A stretch of 62,530 nt of DNA, the filler included, from Vannella sp. (lineage: Eukaryota), in the NCBI GenBank assembly GCA_023345925.1. It is 4 parts of 4 records of this genome, joined end to end, with 100 filler letters (N's around TTAATTAATTAA, not from the genome) between each part and the next. Parts side by side here need not be neighbours in the genome. Positions count along the whole stretch, not along the records: positions 1 to 4,715 come from JAJQQN010001337.1; positions 4,816 to 23,782 come from JAJQQN010001403.1; 2 more parts are not named here. The stretch is one strand, 5' to 3'. Under the pieces are notes generated by a model, which saw only the letters and a list, made by a program, of their open reading frames with translations, ran no database searches and was not told the DNA's origin. Shown here piece after piece: positions 1 to 10,942 of the stretch (position 1 is the first letter of the stretch; each line of letters begins with the position of its first letter). Position numbers and translations under genes: made by a program.

Positions 1-291
1 ATGTCTTTCGTAAACATTCTGGGTGTGATTTTTAGCAGTTTTTATGATACTTTATTTTTTGGAAAAGCAAGGGTCCCCCATTTGACCTTCGAGGTGAAAT
101 GTAAATCGACCGGGTATAGCTACGCTGCGGCAATGAGCTCGCAATAGGAAGGCTGTGGAGAACGCCCAAGTAAACCACTGACGGATGGTTTGAAGAATGA
201 TCGATTTGATCAACATCGAGGTCGAGATGAAGCGTCTTGCTCATGTGTGGAGGGAATTGAATCATTTGTTGGGATGGGGGACGAGCCGGGC

Positions 292-656
292 ATGTTCCGC
301 CGAAGGGCGACGGCGGCCACTCCCTCTGAAGTGTCGGAGATGCGCAGGAAGTTTCAGCGATCGTTCGAGGAGGCAAAGTTGGATCCTCACAGCATCACAC
401 CGGAGCAGTATCGCGCCTTTAGCAACACAAAGTTTCAACGAAACATTCGCAACTTCACCAGGATCTCCCTTGTCGTTCTACCACTGTTTGTTCTCTACTC
501 TGTAACAGAAGAGAACTTCAGTCACAAGGGCCATACAATCCTCCACACGGTAAGCCTCAGGTTCCCGTTGATCACCCCACACTAGCTAACAGACGCCGCC
601 AGTGGGTCCGTTGGAGAGACCGGAGGCTGGATCAGTTCTGGGGGCGAAGCGTCTAA
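292..656 (+). CDS. Small single-pass membrane protein of unknown function (2 exons, intron about 550-602)
   Basis: ATG at 292 (MFRRRATAAT..., Arg-rich and presequence-like), hydrophobic ISLVVLPLFVLYSV, GTAAGC donor at 550 and CTAAC branch point. The acceptor choice is uncertain. Confidence 0.45.
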
Positions 657-800
657 GCCTTTATACCCAACAATGCACTCCTGGATCGACAGAGGCGTCG
701 CAGTCAAAGATTGAACGCAAAACCCCTTTCGCCTTCTTTGTAGCACAGCGAGAGAGGGGCAGTGTAGTCCTTATTAGTTAAAAAAGAGACTTTTAAAGCA

Positions 801-3621
801 CTACATGCTGAAAAGGGCTCTAAAAGAGGGGTCCAAGGCACATTCAGCGCGACCGGGAGGGATTCTGCACCATGGAAGGGTGTCGCTTGGCTCGTAGATG
901 CATCCACGGTCGATACATTGGCGGTCAGAATAGTAGCCGCAGTCAATGGACCCTTCCTGTCGAATGCGGAGGTCGCACATGGCACCTGCACCTCGGCTGG
1001 CGTCCTTCCCAATCGGACTGTGGCAGTGAGGGCCCGCAAAGTTCTCGTGGAAGCTATGTGGAGTCAGTTTCATGCTCTACAGCGTAGGGTGTATCTTACC
1101 TGCAACCGATAGCGTGGCACTGCTGCTTTGTCATCCCAAATTGTCCACAATCATCGACATGGTCGTTTTCCTTTCCCTTCCAAGTGGGAGGACGATGGCA
1201 CCATGGGCGGCCAACAGAACTGGGTATCCACAAGCACCCTTCTGCTTCACAAGTACTGCTATTCACGTTGGGCTTGTTGAGCAAGCAGTCCTTTGTGCTC
1301 AGCAGTTCGGCTGGGGGGACGACTTGGTACACAACAAAGCGCCCATTAGAAGCCACTCGATACGCGATACCATTGATAATGCGCATGGCATAAGAGTCCA
1401 TCTTATGCCAGTCCAGAACAATGTACTCCACTCGAAGTTCCGCTGCAATCTCAAGTACATTGCCCTGCCCATTGAGGAGGTCATTGACCTGGGCATTGCG
1501 ATGGATAAAGTCAGGCATCCCATGATTCGATATCCAACCCCAGTAACTGGACAGAAGCGTTCTTCCTCCAAGTGCTGAAGAGGGGCGGAAGTGAGTACCA
1601 GTGGTAGATACCGCAATCCGGGCATTGTCGGGAGTGTTCTGGACAATCCAGTTCGCCAACTCAACGTCCTCACGGTCATAAAGCGGCATGAAAGAATAGG
1701 TCTCTCGGAGGGTGCAAAGGAACCCAGAGAAAATAAGAGAGAGAATGATGAGGATCACAACAACTCGGATGAGAACACGGGCAATGCTTGAGCCAATACT
1801 GAGGTCCACTGTCTCGTCCAAGGACCTCCATTTGCCTCGGACGATTTTCTGTTGAAGGCGGCGATCTTTGAGGAAAATTTGCAAGTCCCACGACCACACG
1901 GTGATGAGGAACTGAGCAATCATCGGAGACATTCCAAAGATTGCAATGAAGAACACTTTGGTGTTGTCCAGTACCCACGGCTGGAAGATGACCAAGTTCG
2001 AGACCACAAAAAGTGCCACAAATCCTGCCTGGAACGGCCATTGGGTGGCATTGCGGCAGAATAGAAGAGCAGAGAGGAAATACAAGGGAAGATACAGTCC
2101 CAGTGCTTGCAGCCAGAGAAGGATGATGTTTGGCTGCGGAGGGAAATCGGAGGAAATTAACATTAACCGCAGGAAGGACTGGGAGGAAGCTGCATGAGTG
2201 GGGAATAGGACTTTCAAGAAGAAAGGAATGTTCTGGGGAGTTCCCACACCCCAGGAAGTCACTCCGAAGATCACCCACCACCACAACTGTTCCCCGCCGG
2301 CCTTTTTCAGTGCCCAAGGCACATTCCGATTCACTTTCAAGTGGAGAACGAAAGAGGTCATGATACGGCTAGTGTGAATCAGCGCAACCACGACAATCAC
2401 CAGTCCCACAGCTAAGAAGGAGTGAACTTGAAGAAGAGGAAGAAGTCCTGTGAGTGCTCCAGCGTATCCAAACAGCCAAAGGGTCTGAGAGTTCTTTGGA
2501 GACTCGCCAAGGAAGAAGGTGAGCTTCTCCTTTTCAAGAAGATCCATATGGCTAACGCCATGCCCTTTCCCATCCTCGTCCTCATCAGCATCCACCGACA
2601 ACATCGAGGATTTGCGATGAGAGCGGGCGGGAGACAGCGGGAAGACACCATCAGGAAGTGCCATGGCAGAAGCACTAGTATATGCCTTGTGGAAGACGAT
2701 GAGAGCTGCAAGAGCCATCGTATAGGCGTACTGAGTGGTCCTTTGGGGGAAAAGAATATGAGCGGGCAAGCTAAACCAGTAGAACTCGATCTTTCTAGTC
2801 AGAGTGTTGACCAATATGTGATCCTCTGCCATCAAACCGTTCCAGGTTCCGTCGTAAGTGAGCCAATAGAAGCCTCCAACACCTCCAGCAAAGAAAGTGA
2901 TGAGAACGGCCACGATCGATACGACCCGAGACTGAACCATCCGGAAGTAGAGCGCAAACATGAGGAAGAAGAAGCTTGCAGTCAACAAGGTGCCAGGAAC
3001 ACTCAGGGCAAAGTGGAGAGAAGAACCGGAACCTGCCACAAGAGCCACGTGGTAGTCAGGGATCCAAGGGTACACCAAAGGAGAGTCTGCAAAGAAGGTT
3101 GCTTGTAGACCTGACGTGAGAGGCGTAGCGTACTGGTTGTTGCCGTGGAGAAGGGAGGTGATAATGGTCAGATGAAAGGGCAAGTCACCGTAGGTTGTTC
3201 CTCCAACATAGTAGCGTCCGTCTATCTCCAAAAGAGAGTGGGTGTAATGCAAGTAACCCAACCATGCTCCGAAAGCGCTGAGAATGAGGAAGGGGACGGC
3301 AAAGTGCAGACTTGAGGCCACTACAGCGCGATTATCAATCGACTTCCACGCTCTCCTCTTCTTTAGGAAGCAGACTAAGGTGATAGCCACCTGAATCATC
3401 ACTGTCACTATCCCCAATGAAGCAGGAAGTCCCGCCACAGCTCGGAACAACGTCGTCTTCAGAAGAACAGCGATCCAGGTGCTCAGGGTTAACCCCAAAG
3501 GAGAAGCAATAGCCATACACTCCCACAAGGTCAAGAATGGATGAAGAGTCACTACTGCCAAGCCACCACCCATCCCCACACCAGTCACCACCAACAACAA
3601 CGACGCCAAGGACGCGTCCAT
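801..3621 (-). CDS. Polytopic membrane protein, GT-C/STT3-like glycosyltransferase fold, with three C-terminal trefoil-like Cys repeats
   Basis: More than 10 hydrophobic segments, first-loop motif YGDLPFHL, C-terminal ANWIVQNTPDNARI...GGRTLL...LRVEYIVLD. A GT-AG intron at 1054-1099 joins ORF 1096..3654 to ORF 801..1073. Confidence 0.7.
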
Positions 3622-3696
3622 CCCACGCAGAGCTGGAAATGACCCCAAAACCAATCATAACACGCGAGTATACATCAAAACATCCATTTTTGAGCC

Positions 3697-4715
3697 TCAA
3701 CGGATGACTAAAGGGTCGCTCTCGCTGCTTCGGGCCATCTTGTTGAGAGTGTACTCCACCGCCACGTTGACTTGCCATTTGGAGTACTTGCTATCGGGTA
3801 GCTTCTCGCGTAGGGTGGGGATCGAGGGGTTGAGGACGTGCGCTGCTCGCGCTAGGTCGTGGAGAGTGTCAATGACTTTGGTAGGATCAGCCATGTGGAG
3901 CAAGTCAGCTTCACAGAAGAGCAAGGACAGTTTCAAGTCGGTTCGACACACTTTGAGGAACATGGTGAGGTTCTCCAGGGTCCCAAACGGCGAATCTGAG
4001 TATATCTCGGGAATGGCGCCTGGCTTGATGCTGTTAGCCAACTGGCACAGTATTTTACCATCCCTAAGGCTACCAAGAACATCGAACTCCACTGGGGTGC
4101 CTTGAGTAGACTGCAGCCAGTCAGAGAACTCACAAAGCTGGATTCAAGAGTTAGTGTGAGCAACAGGAGGGTTCTCAAGGTGTTTGAGGGCCTTGCATAC
4201 CTTCTTTACGACATCCCATGCTTTGTGAATGAACTTGAGATGGACTGTTGGGTGACCGTTAGCACTAAACAGCTCCCGGACTTGTTCGAAGCTGAATTCG
4301 TCAATGTGCTGGAGGTTGGGAGACGTGACAAAGACTGTCGATGTTCTCATTTGTGAGGCACGGCTCTTAGTGGTTTGATTGCGAAGGAGCGGCTGTCTTG
4401 GTCGTTCCCCCTCCCGCGTCACATCCATACTCCAAAATTGTGTGAAAGAGGGGCTAGTGGGAGAGCCAGGATGCCTAGGGGAAGTAGGCATAGAAAGGAC
4501 GTCTTGGGAAACGGCCAAAGGACGCGACTCCCTCTGAAGAAAAGAAGTACTTCGCTGCAAAGACATCAGACCCCGGCCCTTCTCTGTTTCAGAGGTCCCT
4601 GGGGTGGGAGTGGGTTCTGTCTTTGGTCCAGTCCTCCCATTCCTCCCCACTGTAAGAAAGTCCTTCCTTCCAGCTCTCCTATCCGACACGAGGTATTACG
4701 TAAACTAACCATCGA
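3697..4715 (-). CDS. Calponin-homology (CH) domain protein, 5'-truncated at contig end
   Basis: SLRDGKILCQLANSIKPGAI...ENLTMFLKVC...LFCEADL is a CH signature. Intron 4138-4200 joins ORFs 4144..4689 and 3697..4092 (WDVVKK|LCEFSDWL). Confidence 0.8.
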
Positions 4716-4815
4716 NNNNNNNNNNNNNNNNNNNNNNNNNNNNNNNNNNNNNNNNNNNNTTAATTAATTAANNNNNNNNNNNNNNNNNNNNNNNNNNNNN
4801 NNNNNNNNNNNNNNN
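4716..4815. other. Artificial contig-joining linker
   Basis: 44 N + TTAATTAATTAA (stops in all six frames) + 44 N; the same linker occurs at three sites. Confidence 0.98.
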
Positions 4816-5006
4816 TCGCTCGCTTGCTCCATACAGCCCTGATGAAAATGGAAGGTGAAATCTCCCAATTTTAGCAGGTGGGAAAGCGGAATATCCAGGC
4901 GAATTGGACGTGTCAACACCTGATGAACGCCCTCACACCAAACGAATCTTTTTGTGGTCCAGGTGTGGACAAAGCAAGCATGTTCCAACGAAATCCCCGC
5001 TTAGAG

Positions 5007-5240
5007 AATGATAAATTAGTGATTTAACATGTTTTGGTCGTTTTTTATTTGGCTGCTGACCAGGAGAAGTCGATTGGCCTTGAGCTCGCCTATTTCTCTT
5101 CAGGACGCTGCGGAGATTGGCGGTCCTAGGTAGAATCTGATGAAAGGATGGAAGGCAGGCACCGTTGGCGCTGGCTGGGAGGCCTGCGGAAACGTTTTGT
5201 GTTGTGAAGGAGTTGAAAGAGGGAGATAGTCCTTCCCGAT
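5007..5240 (+). pseudogene. Diverged duplicate of the LDAH promoter and exon 1
   Basis: 5159-5240 encodes APLALAGRPAETFCVVKELKEGDSPS versus APLVLGGRPAETFRVMEELKEGDVPS at 5710-5790. Upstream motifs (aatgataaa, tctcttcaggac) are shared. The copy runs into a stop and lacks the IPG|gt donor. Confidence 0.7.
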
Positions 5241-5667
5241 GCGGCAGAGATGGAGTTTGACAACTGATTGCCATCAAAAATAGGTTGCAATCCTCACTCT
5301 TTTGGTCCTCCGCTAGCGGACGTGATGACTTGGGCGGTGAATTCTCTCTCCCCAGCCAAAAGGATCATTAATCTTCGAATGGCAGATTTCGACTGAGAAT
5401 GATAAACAAATCCTTTTTTCTTGTCCGACGGAAAGAACGAGAGGACTAAGGTTGAAAGTCCACAACCATCTCAAGGTGGAGCTTTGTCCGTGGACAAACA
5501 GGCATGGCCTAAGTATCCGATCTGGCCTCCGCAAGGAGGATGCGGTTTCTGTGTAATAAAATGATAAACAATCAGTGGATTGGATTCAGTCTATTGAGTT
5601 TGATCATTTTCTATTGGGCCGCCGACTGCCTCGGCTTTCTCTCTTCAGGACTGGAGGGACATTGACG

Positions 5668-6797
5668 ATGATACTGCGCGTGGTGCAGACTCTGGTGGAA
5701 GGGTGTAAAGCACCGTTAGTGCTAGGTGGCAGGCCTGCGGAGACGTTTCGTGTGATGGAGGAGTTGAAGGAGGGCGATGTTCCTTCCGATTATCACGTTG
5801 TTGTCATACCAGGTGAGTGATATGGCTCGGAGCTGGAGTATGTTGACGAGGGATCAGGGAATCCGGGGATGGTGGACTTCTACGTCAAGTTCATGCATCA
5901 TCTCAGTGCTAAACTCAACAGGAGAGTCCCCATCTCAGCCAGTAAGGTCCTCATCCCTTCTCATTGAAGCCATCTAAGTGAGAGAAAGTCAGTCACGCGG
6001 GTCACACCAATGGATTAGGCTACCCTGAGGAGCAGCGACCTGCAGACGCGGATATCTACTCACTGAGTGATCAGATCGACCACAAAGCCGACTTTCTTCA
6101 GTATCTAATGGATGAGCATGAACAGATGCAAGCTACTCGAAGCCTCACTCCTACTCCACTGAGATTCGTCTTGATTGGACATTCTGTCGGTTCGTACATC
6201 TGCCTTAAGCTTCGGACGCAGGCCAGATTCCCAGTCATCCAAGTCATCAACTTGTTCCCAACATTTCAGTACCTGTACGAAGGCTTGGCACCAACTGTTC
6301 AGTGGATGATTCAACCGGGACTCCGACATGCTGCTTCCCTCATTGTTGGTTGGGTGCCAGTCTCTTGGAAGCGCTATTTAGTCCAATCATATTCAACAGG
6401 GTTGAGTGAAGAAGCAAGGGATGTTGTAGCTTCGGGCTTCAACCGCTATTCTGTATTGAATAATGTTCTTTACATGGCCAAGACTGAAGGCCAAGATATC
6501 CGGGAATTAGACCCAGAGCTTATTCAGCCACTGTCATCTACATACTTCCTTTATGGTCAGACTGACCAGTATACCCCGATGCCACAGATCGAGCTGTTCC
6601 GTTCAACATTCCCAGAAGGTGCGTTGGTCCCTAAATGTCAAAGGAAGATTCTCATCCAAGTCACATCAGCTTTGGTAACCATCGCAGAGAAAGATTGCCT
6701 CCACGCATTCTGCGTATCACCTGAGCAAAGTGTGAAGGTAGCTGACTTGGTCAGCGATTTTATCGAAGAGCAATGCCACATCACCAGCTCCCCTTGA
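5668..6797 (+). CDS. LDAH: Lipid droplet-associated serine hydrolase (alpha/beta hydrolase)
   Basis: Spliced motifs IPGNPG (intron 5813-5857), ISHAGH, QIDHK, nucleophile GHSVG and C-terminal HAF. Confidence 0.88.
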
Positions 6798-6890
6798 AGC
6801 TCTCCAAGAAGCAAGCCTTCGAACAGTAAATGGCACTTTTGTCCTGCTCATGAGAGATGTCGGGGAAACACATCAAACCACTTGAATAAG

Positions 6891-9800
6891 CTATTTCCTC
6901 TTCAGTTTCTCACATGCAATGCAGCGCCCGTTAGACATTTCGTTTGGCACTTGACAAAAGGAGCAAACCCACAATTCAGGTTCTGGCAGAGAAGGCGAAG
7001 GTGGATTGGAAGAGCCAAAGAGACTCGGGTTGGGAAGGTCGCAAACTGCGCATGAAGAACCGGTGTTGAGCATGGTGCAGTCAGGACACTTCCACTCCTC
7101 TTCTAAGTCCCCCATCTTGTCATCGTCCTCTTCATTCTCTGGCTTTCCACTGTCTCCAAATAATAACGAACCAGCGAAGCCTTGTTCGTAGCCTGGCAAG
7201 TGACTTTCCCTCAGAACTGATTCAGGAATCTCCTCATAGATAGCAGGTGTTACTGTGTTCACTTCTCCATCCAGGTACTCGCCAACTTCACTTGACTTGA
7301 GTTTCTGTAGTGTTACTCGAGCCCTTCAAAGAGTAAGAAAGGCATTCACTTTCCAAGGATGTTCTTACCCAGAAACCAGCCTGTAATCAAAAACGGACTT
7401 TGCGTTTTGCAGGATTTGCCCTCTGAACCAAAGCTGTTGAGCAGCCGGTTGGATATTCATTGCTTGCATAATCTTCAATTTGATGACGTGAACCGTATCA
7501 TCAACATTGACTGTAAGAGCAAATGCTGGTGGTGATCTACTTGCACCACCAAAGCTACTCAATGTCGAGAGTGTTGAAGGACTTGGCATCTCAATCCAAA
7601 TCTTGGTGCTGAGAAAGTTCATGCCTTTCTCAAGGTCTAGCTCTTCTTGCCGCCTTGTGCATTCTTCACAGATTGCTGGAAATGTTTCGAGAAAGATTTC
7701 CGGTCCTGAGCGTTTCACCTCGATTCTGACAGGTTTTGAATCTCCATAACTAACCTGCTGTCAGTCACCAGCATCTGTTTGGATCTACTTACAATTCAAT
7801 CAGTTTGAGCCATTCCAACTCCGGTATCAATCTGCATGGCAAGTTTGGATTCCGCAGATAATCCTTCGTATCAGCAGGATTGTACTTGAGGCCACCATGA
7901 AAACACTTCAGACTCTCGATTGCTTTTAAAAGGTGAGCCGTCGAGATGGTAGTATCAAGAGGAACAAACCTATTGGCTCAATATCATCAATTTGAGGACG
8001 GGAGACATAAAGATACCACAGTTTCTGCCAATACGTTGGCACAACATAGTAAATCCCACTTTTCAGGTCTCTGAGCTCCAAGCCTCTACACAGAGAAGGG
8101 AGCATGAACTAGAAAGACATTAGAAGTGGTAAGTGCCAAAGTGAGTCAGCACCTACCTTCTGGTGGGTTCTCTCGGTTCTTCTGATGCGAAATTCTTCGA
8201 GTAAGCGTTCACCTTGCTCTTTGCAGAGGAAACACGGCGGGTAATCTTTCGGGTACTCGGGGCCATTCGGGAAAGAGGCTCTCAAGTAAGACCAGACTTC
8301 CGTACTAACCAGACGGCGCCCAGTCTTTTTCCAACACAACTGGCCATGTTCACAGGTGATTGATTGCGTTATGTTTGATTCAATACTCTCCAACTGACCA
8401 ATCGGCGCCGCCGTTCGCCAATTCTGCAACCAGACATCAGGAACCCAAAAGCCTTCGAGCACTCTCCCATATCCATAGCTGGAGTATGCCTTTCGAATCA
8501 TGTCCCTGATTTCGTTTTGCTGTGTTTGAGCCAGCAGTGTGTCTAACGGATGAAGAATCAGCTCTGACAAGAGTGAAGTGTGTAGATAGACTCACTATTG
8601 TAGATTTTGGCGGCGCATTCTTGGCAGCAGCTACTGCCACTAAGGGTGGGTCCTCCTTCACCACAATATGCTTGGAGATATTCCCATGCCTTACTACTGA
8701 TCACCTTCAAACGATGGCTCTTGTATGGGTCGACAAGACCATGTTGACAGACGATGGCTGAGTTGTTTGGAGGGGAGACGTTCTCTCCCTTGATCCAAGA
8801 GCTCAGCCACTCCGCATCAATCCAATTGTAGGGCTGCCTTGGTTGTGGAAGGGCAATACCCATGAACTCTTTGTAAACCTCCTTTCTATGGGTCAAGGAG
8901 GCTTTCAGCTGCTCCTGTTGCTCCAGCCATTCATCTCTCTTCGGTTGGTGAGTTGGAGAAGAACGCTTCAAGGAATCTCACCTTCTTCAATAAAATAGCG
9001 TTTGCTTTCTCAACCTGAGTCTCAATCTCCATAGGGGGTGTGGGAATGGGTGGCTGGCCACGAGAGGCGTGCTTAAGAGTGTAGACCAGCATATATGCGT
9101 TCTCTGAGGTGATTTTTGTGTTGCTCTTCAGCGAAGAGAGTAAACCCAGTGCCCGTTCTCGGGTGCCTTTATCCCGCTCTTCCTCCATCTGAGGTTCAAT
9201 GTCTCCAACATCCTTGGGCTCCAGTAATGTAACAGAAGAATCATCAAATTTCCACCATTGGCGCCCTACCTCATCCAACACATGTGATATATAGTGTCCT
9301 CCATTAGCACTGTTACCTAGATGAAGTAACACCGCACTCAGCTCGTAAAGCGCTTCTGTACGGACGCTGGCATCCAGAAATGGTTTCATTTCTAAAGTCC
9401 TCCCAAAGGTCAATGGAGTGTGAAGCTTCTTCTTGGTTCCAGTCTCAGCGTCATAAACAAAGCGAAGCAATTGAATGTTCAAAACAGGTGGCAGAGTGAC
9501 CAAACAGAGCTTCCTCGTGGCATCAACAAGTCCACATTTCTCGCAATCGTACTTGTTGTCTCCCGAAAGGATTTCTTCTTTTACAAGACTACGCAGGCAT
9601 TCTCCAATTGTCTTGTTTCCAGCAATGGACAGCTCAAGCTCACTGAAACTGGAGTCCCTTTGGGAAACCTTTCCACACTTTTTGCATTTCGTTTGGTACC
9701 GATTTAGCCCTTTGAACTCGTTTGGAATGAAGCTTTGAACATCTGGTACCACACACTTCTTAAAAATGCCTTCAAGGAGACTCATGAAGAGGTTGTTGAA

Positions 9801-10552
9801 CCTTAAAGAGGTCAATGGACCGAGCCTCACTATCAGGATGAGCTGGCTTACTCTTGTACGTCTTGCTGCACCGATGTCTCAATATTCAATAGATTTGTGA
9901 TCTCCTCAGGAGAGCAGGAGCTCTTGAGAGAGCACTCCAGCTGTGTAAACAGGAGTTGTATCCAATAGCACAACTTATCGTCCCCTTCATAAGAATAGAC
10001 AGTCTGGCGGAAGCGCCTGTTCATGAAGAGCGTTTGAAGCAAGCTATTGATGTAACAAGTTGCGCCCAGGTTCTACAAAGGAGTGAGCAACTCTCATGGT
10101 CGTCGAGGACTTACTCTCAGGCCAATGAAAGGCACGTCTGGTCTGCGTAGGCTCTGCGCTGGATCTCTGTGAGAATTGCCAACATCCTTTGGTCGCTCAA
10201 GGTCACTCTCGCCAAGCCCCTTCAAGCATTTCGGGTTGTTTTGGCAGTTTCCCGCGGTGTGGGCTTCGTTTTGGTGAGTTACTCCTCCCAGGATGGAGAT
10301 AGGCTTACAGTAGTTGGTGCAGGGGCCTTTAGCGAGAGAGTAGACTCTTTTCATCATGTTCACGACCTCCTCATCTGCCGGAGAGCGACGAGGATCGTTG
10401 GGAGGTGGTCTCTCCTCGGTCCTTGTGTTCGCACTGCGCATCTCAGCCGGTAGAAGAGAGCCAGTCAACTGGCCAATCTTATCCTTAAAACTCCGGGTGA
10501 AGCTCCGCTTGCTAGGCTTCTTCTCCTCGTCCCTATCCCCCGCCCCACTCAT
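6891..10552 (-). CDS. USP48: Ubiquitin-specific protease USP48/UBP26-like (UCH, DUSP repeats, Ubl, two C-terminal RanBP2/NZF zinc fingers); multi-exon
   Basis: NCQNNPKCLKGLGE, spliced Cys box GLRNLGATCYINSLLQ, QQDVQEF, His box HLGNSANGGHY...WWKFDD, DUSP-like C-x-HG repeats, Ubl IKLKIMQAMNIQPAAQQL. Confidence 0.88.
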
Positions 10553-10942
10553 CCCCTCAAACCTTTGCAATGACTACTTATTCCTCCTTAATATAAAAAT
10601 TGCTCATAATGACTTCCATCGTCATGTGGGAAGCCACATGGGAGAAAAGGGGAAACCCGTGTTTGCGCGGTTGTCCTGAATCCACCTTCTGATGACCTCC
10701 ATCTCTTCAGAATAAGCTTTTGGACTGATTTCATTTTTTCACTTTTTGGCTGCTTGAGGGAAATGCCCTCGCCCCTTGTCCTGAGGGCAGAAGTTCGTCC
10801 CGAAGACATCAATTCAATGCTTTGCGAGAACAGTTCAACGCTTCTTTGTTTCCTGGTAACTAGAGGCCCATTCATCAGTTTAGTGGATCTGACCTTGAGC
10901 CATCTATCTGCGAAAGGCACTAGGAGGAGGTCAAACAATGTG

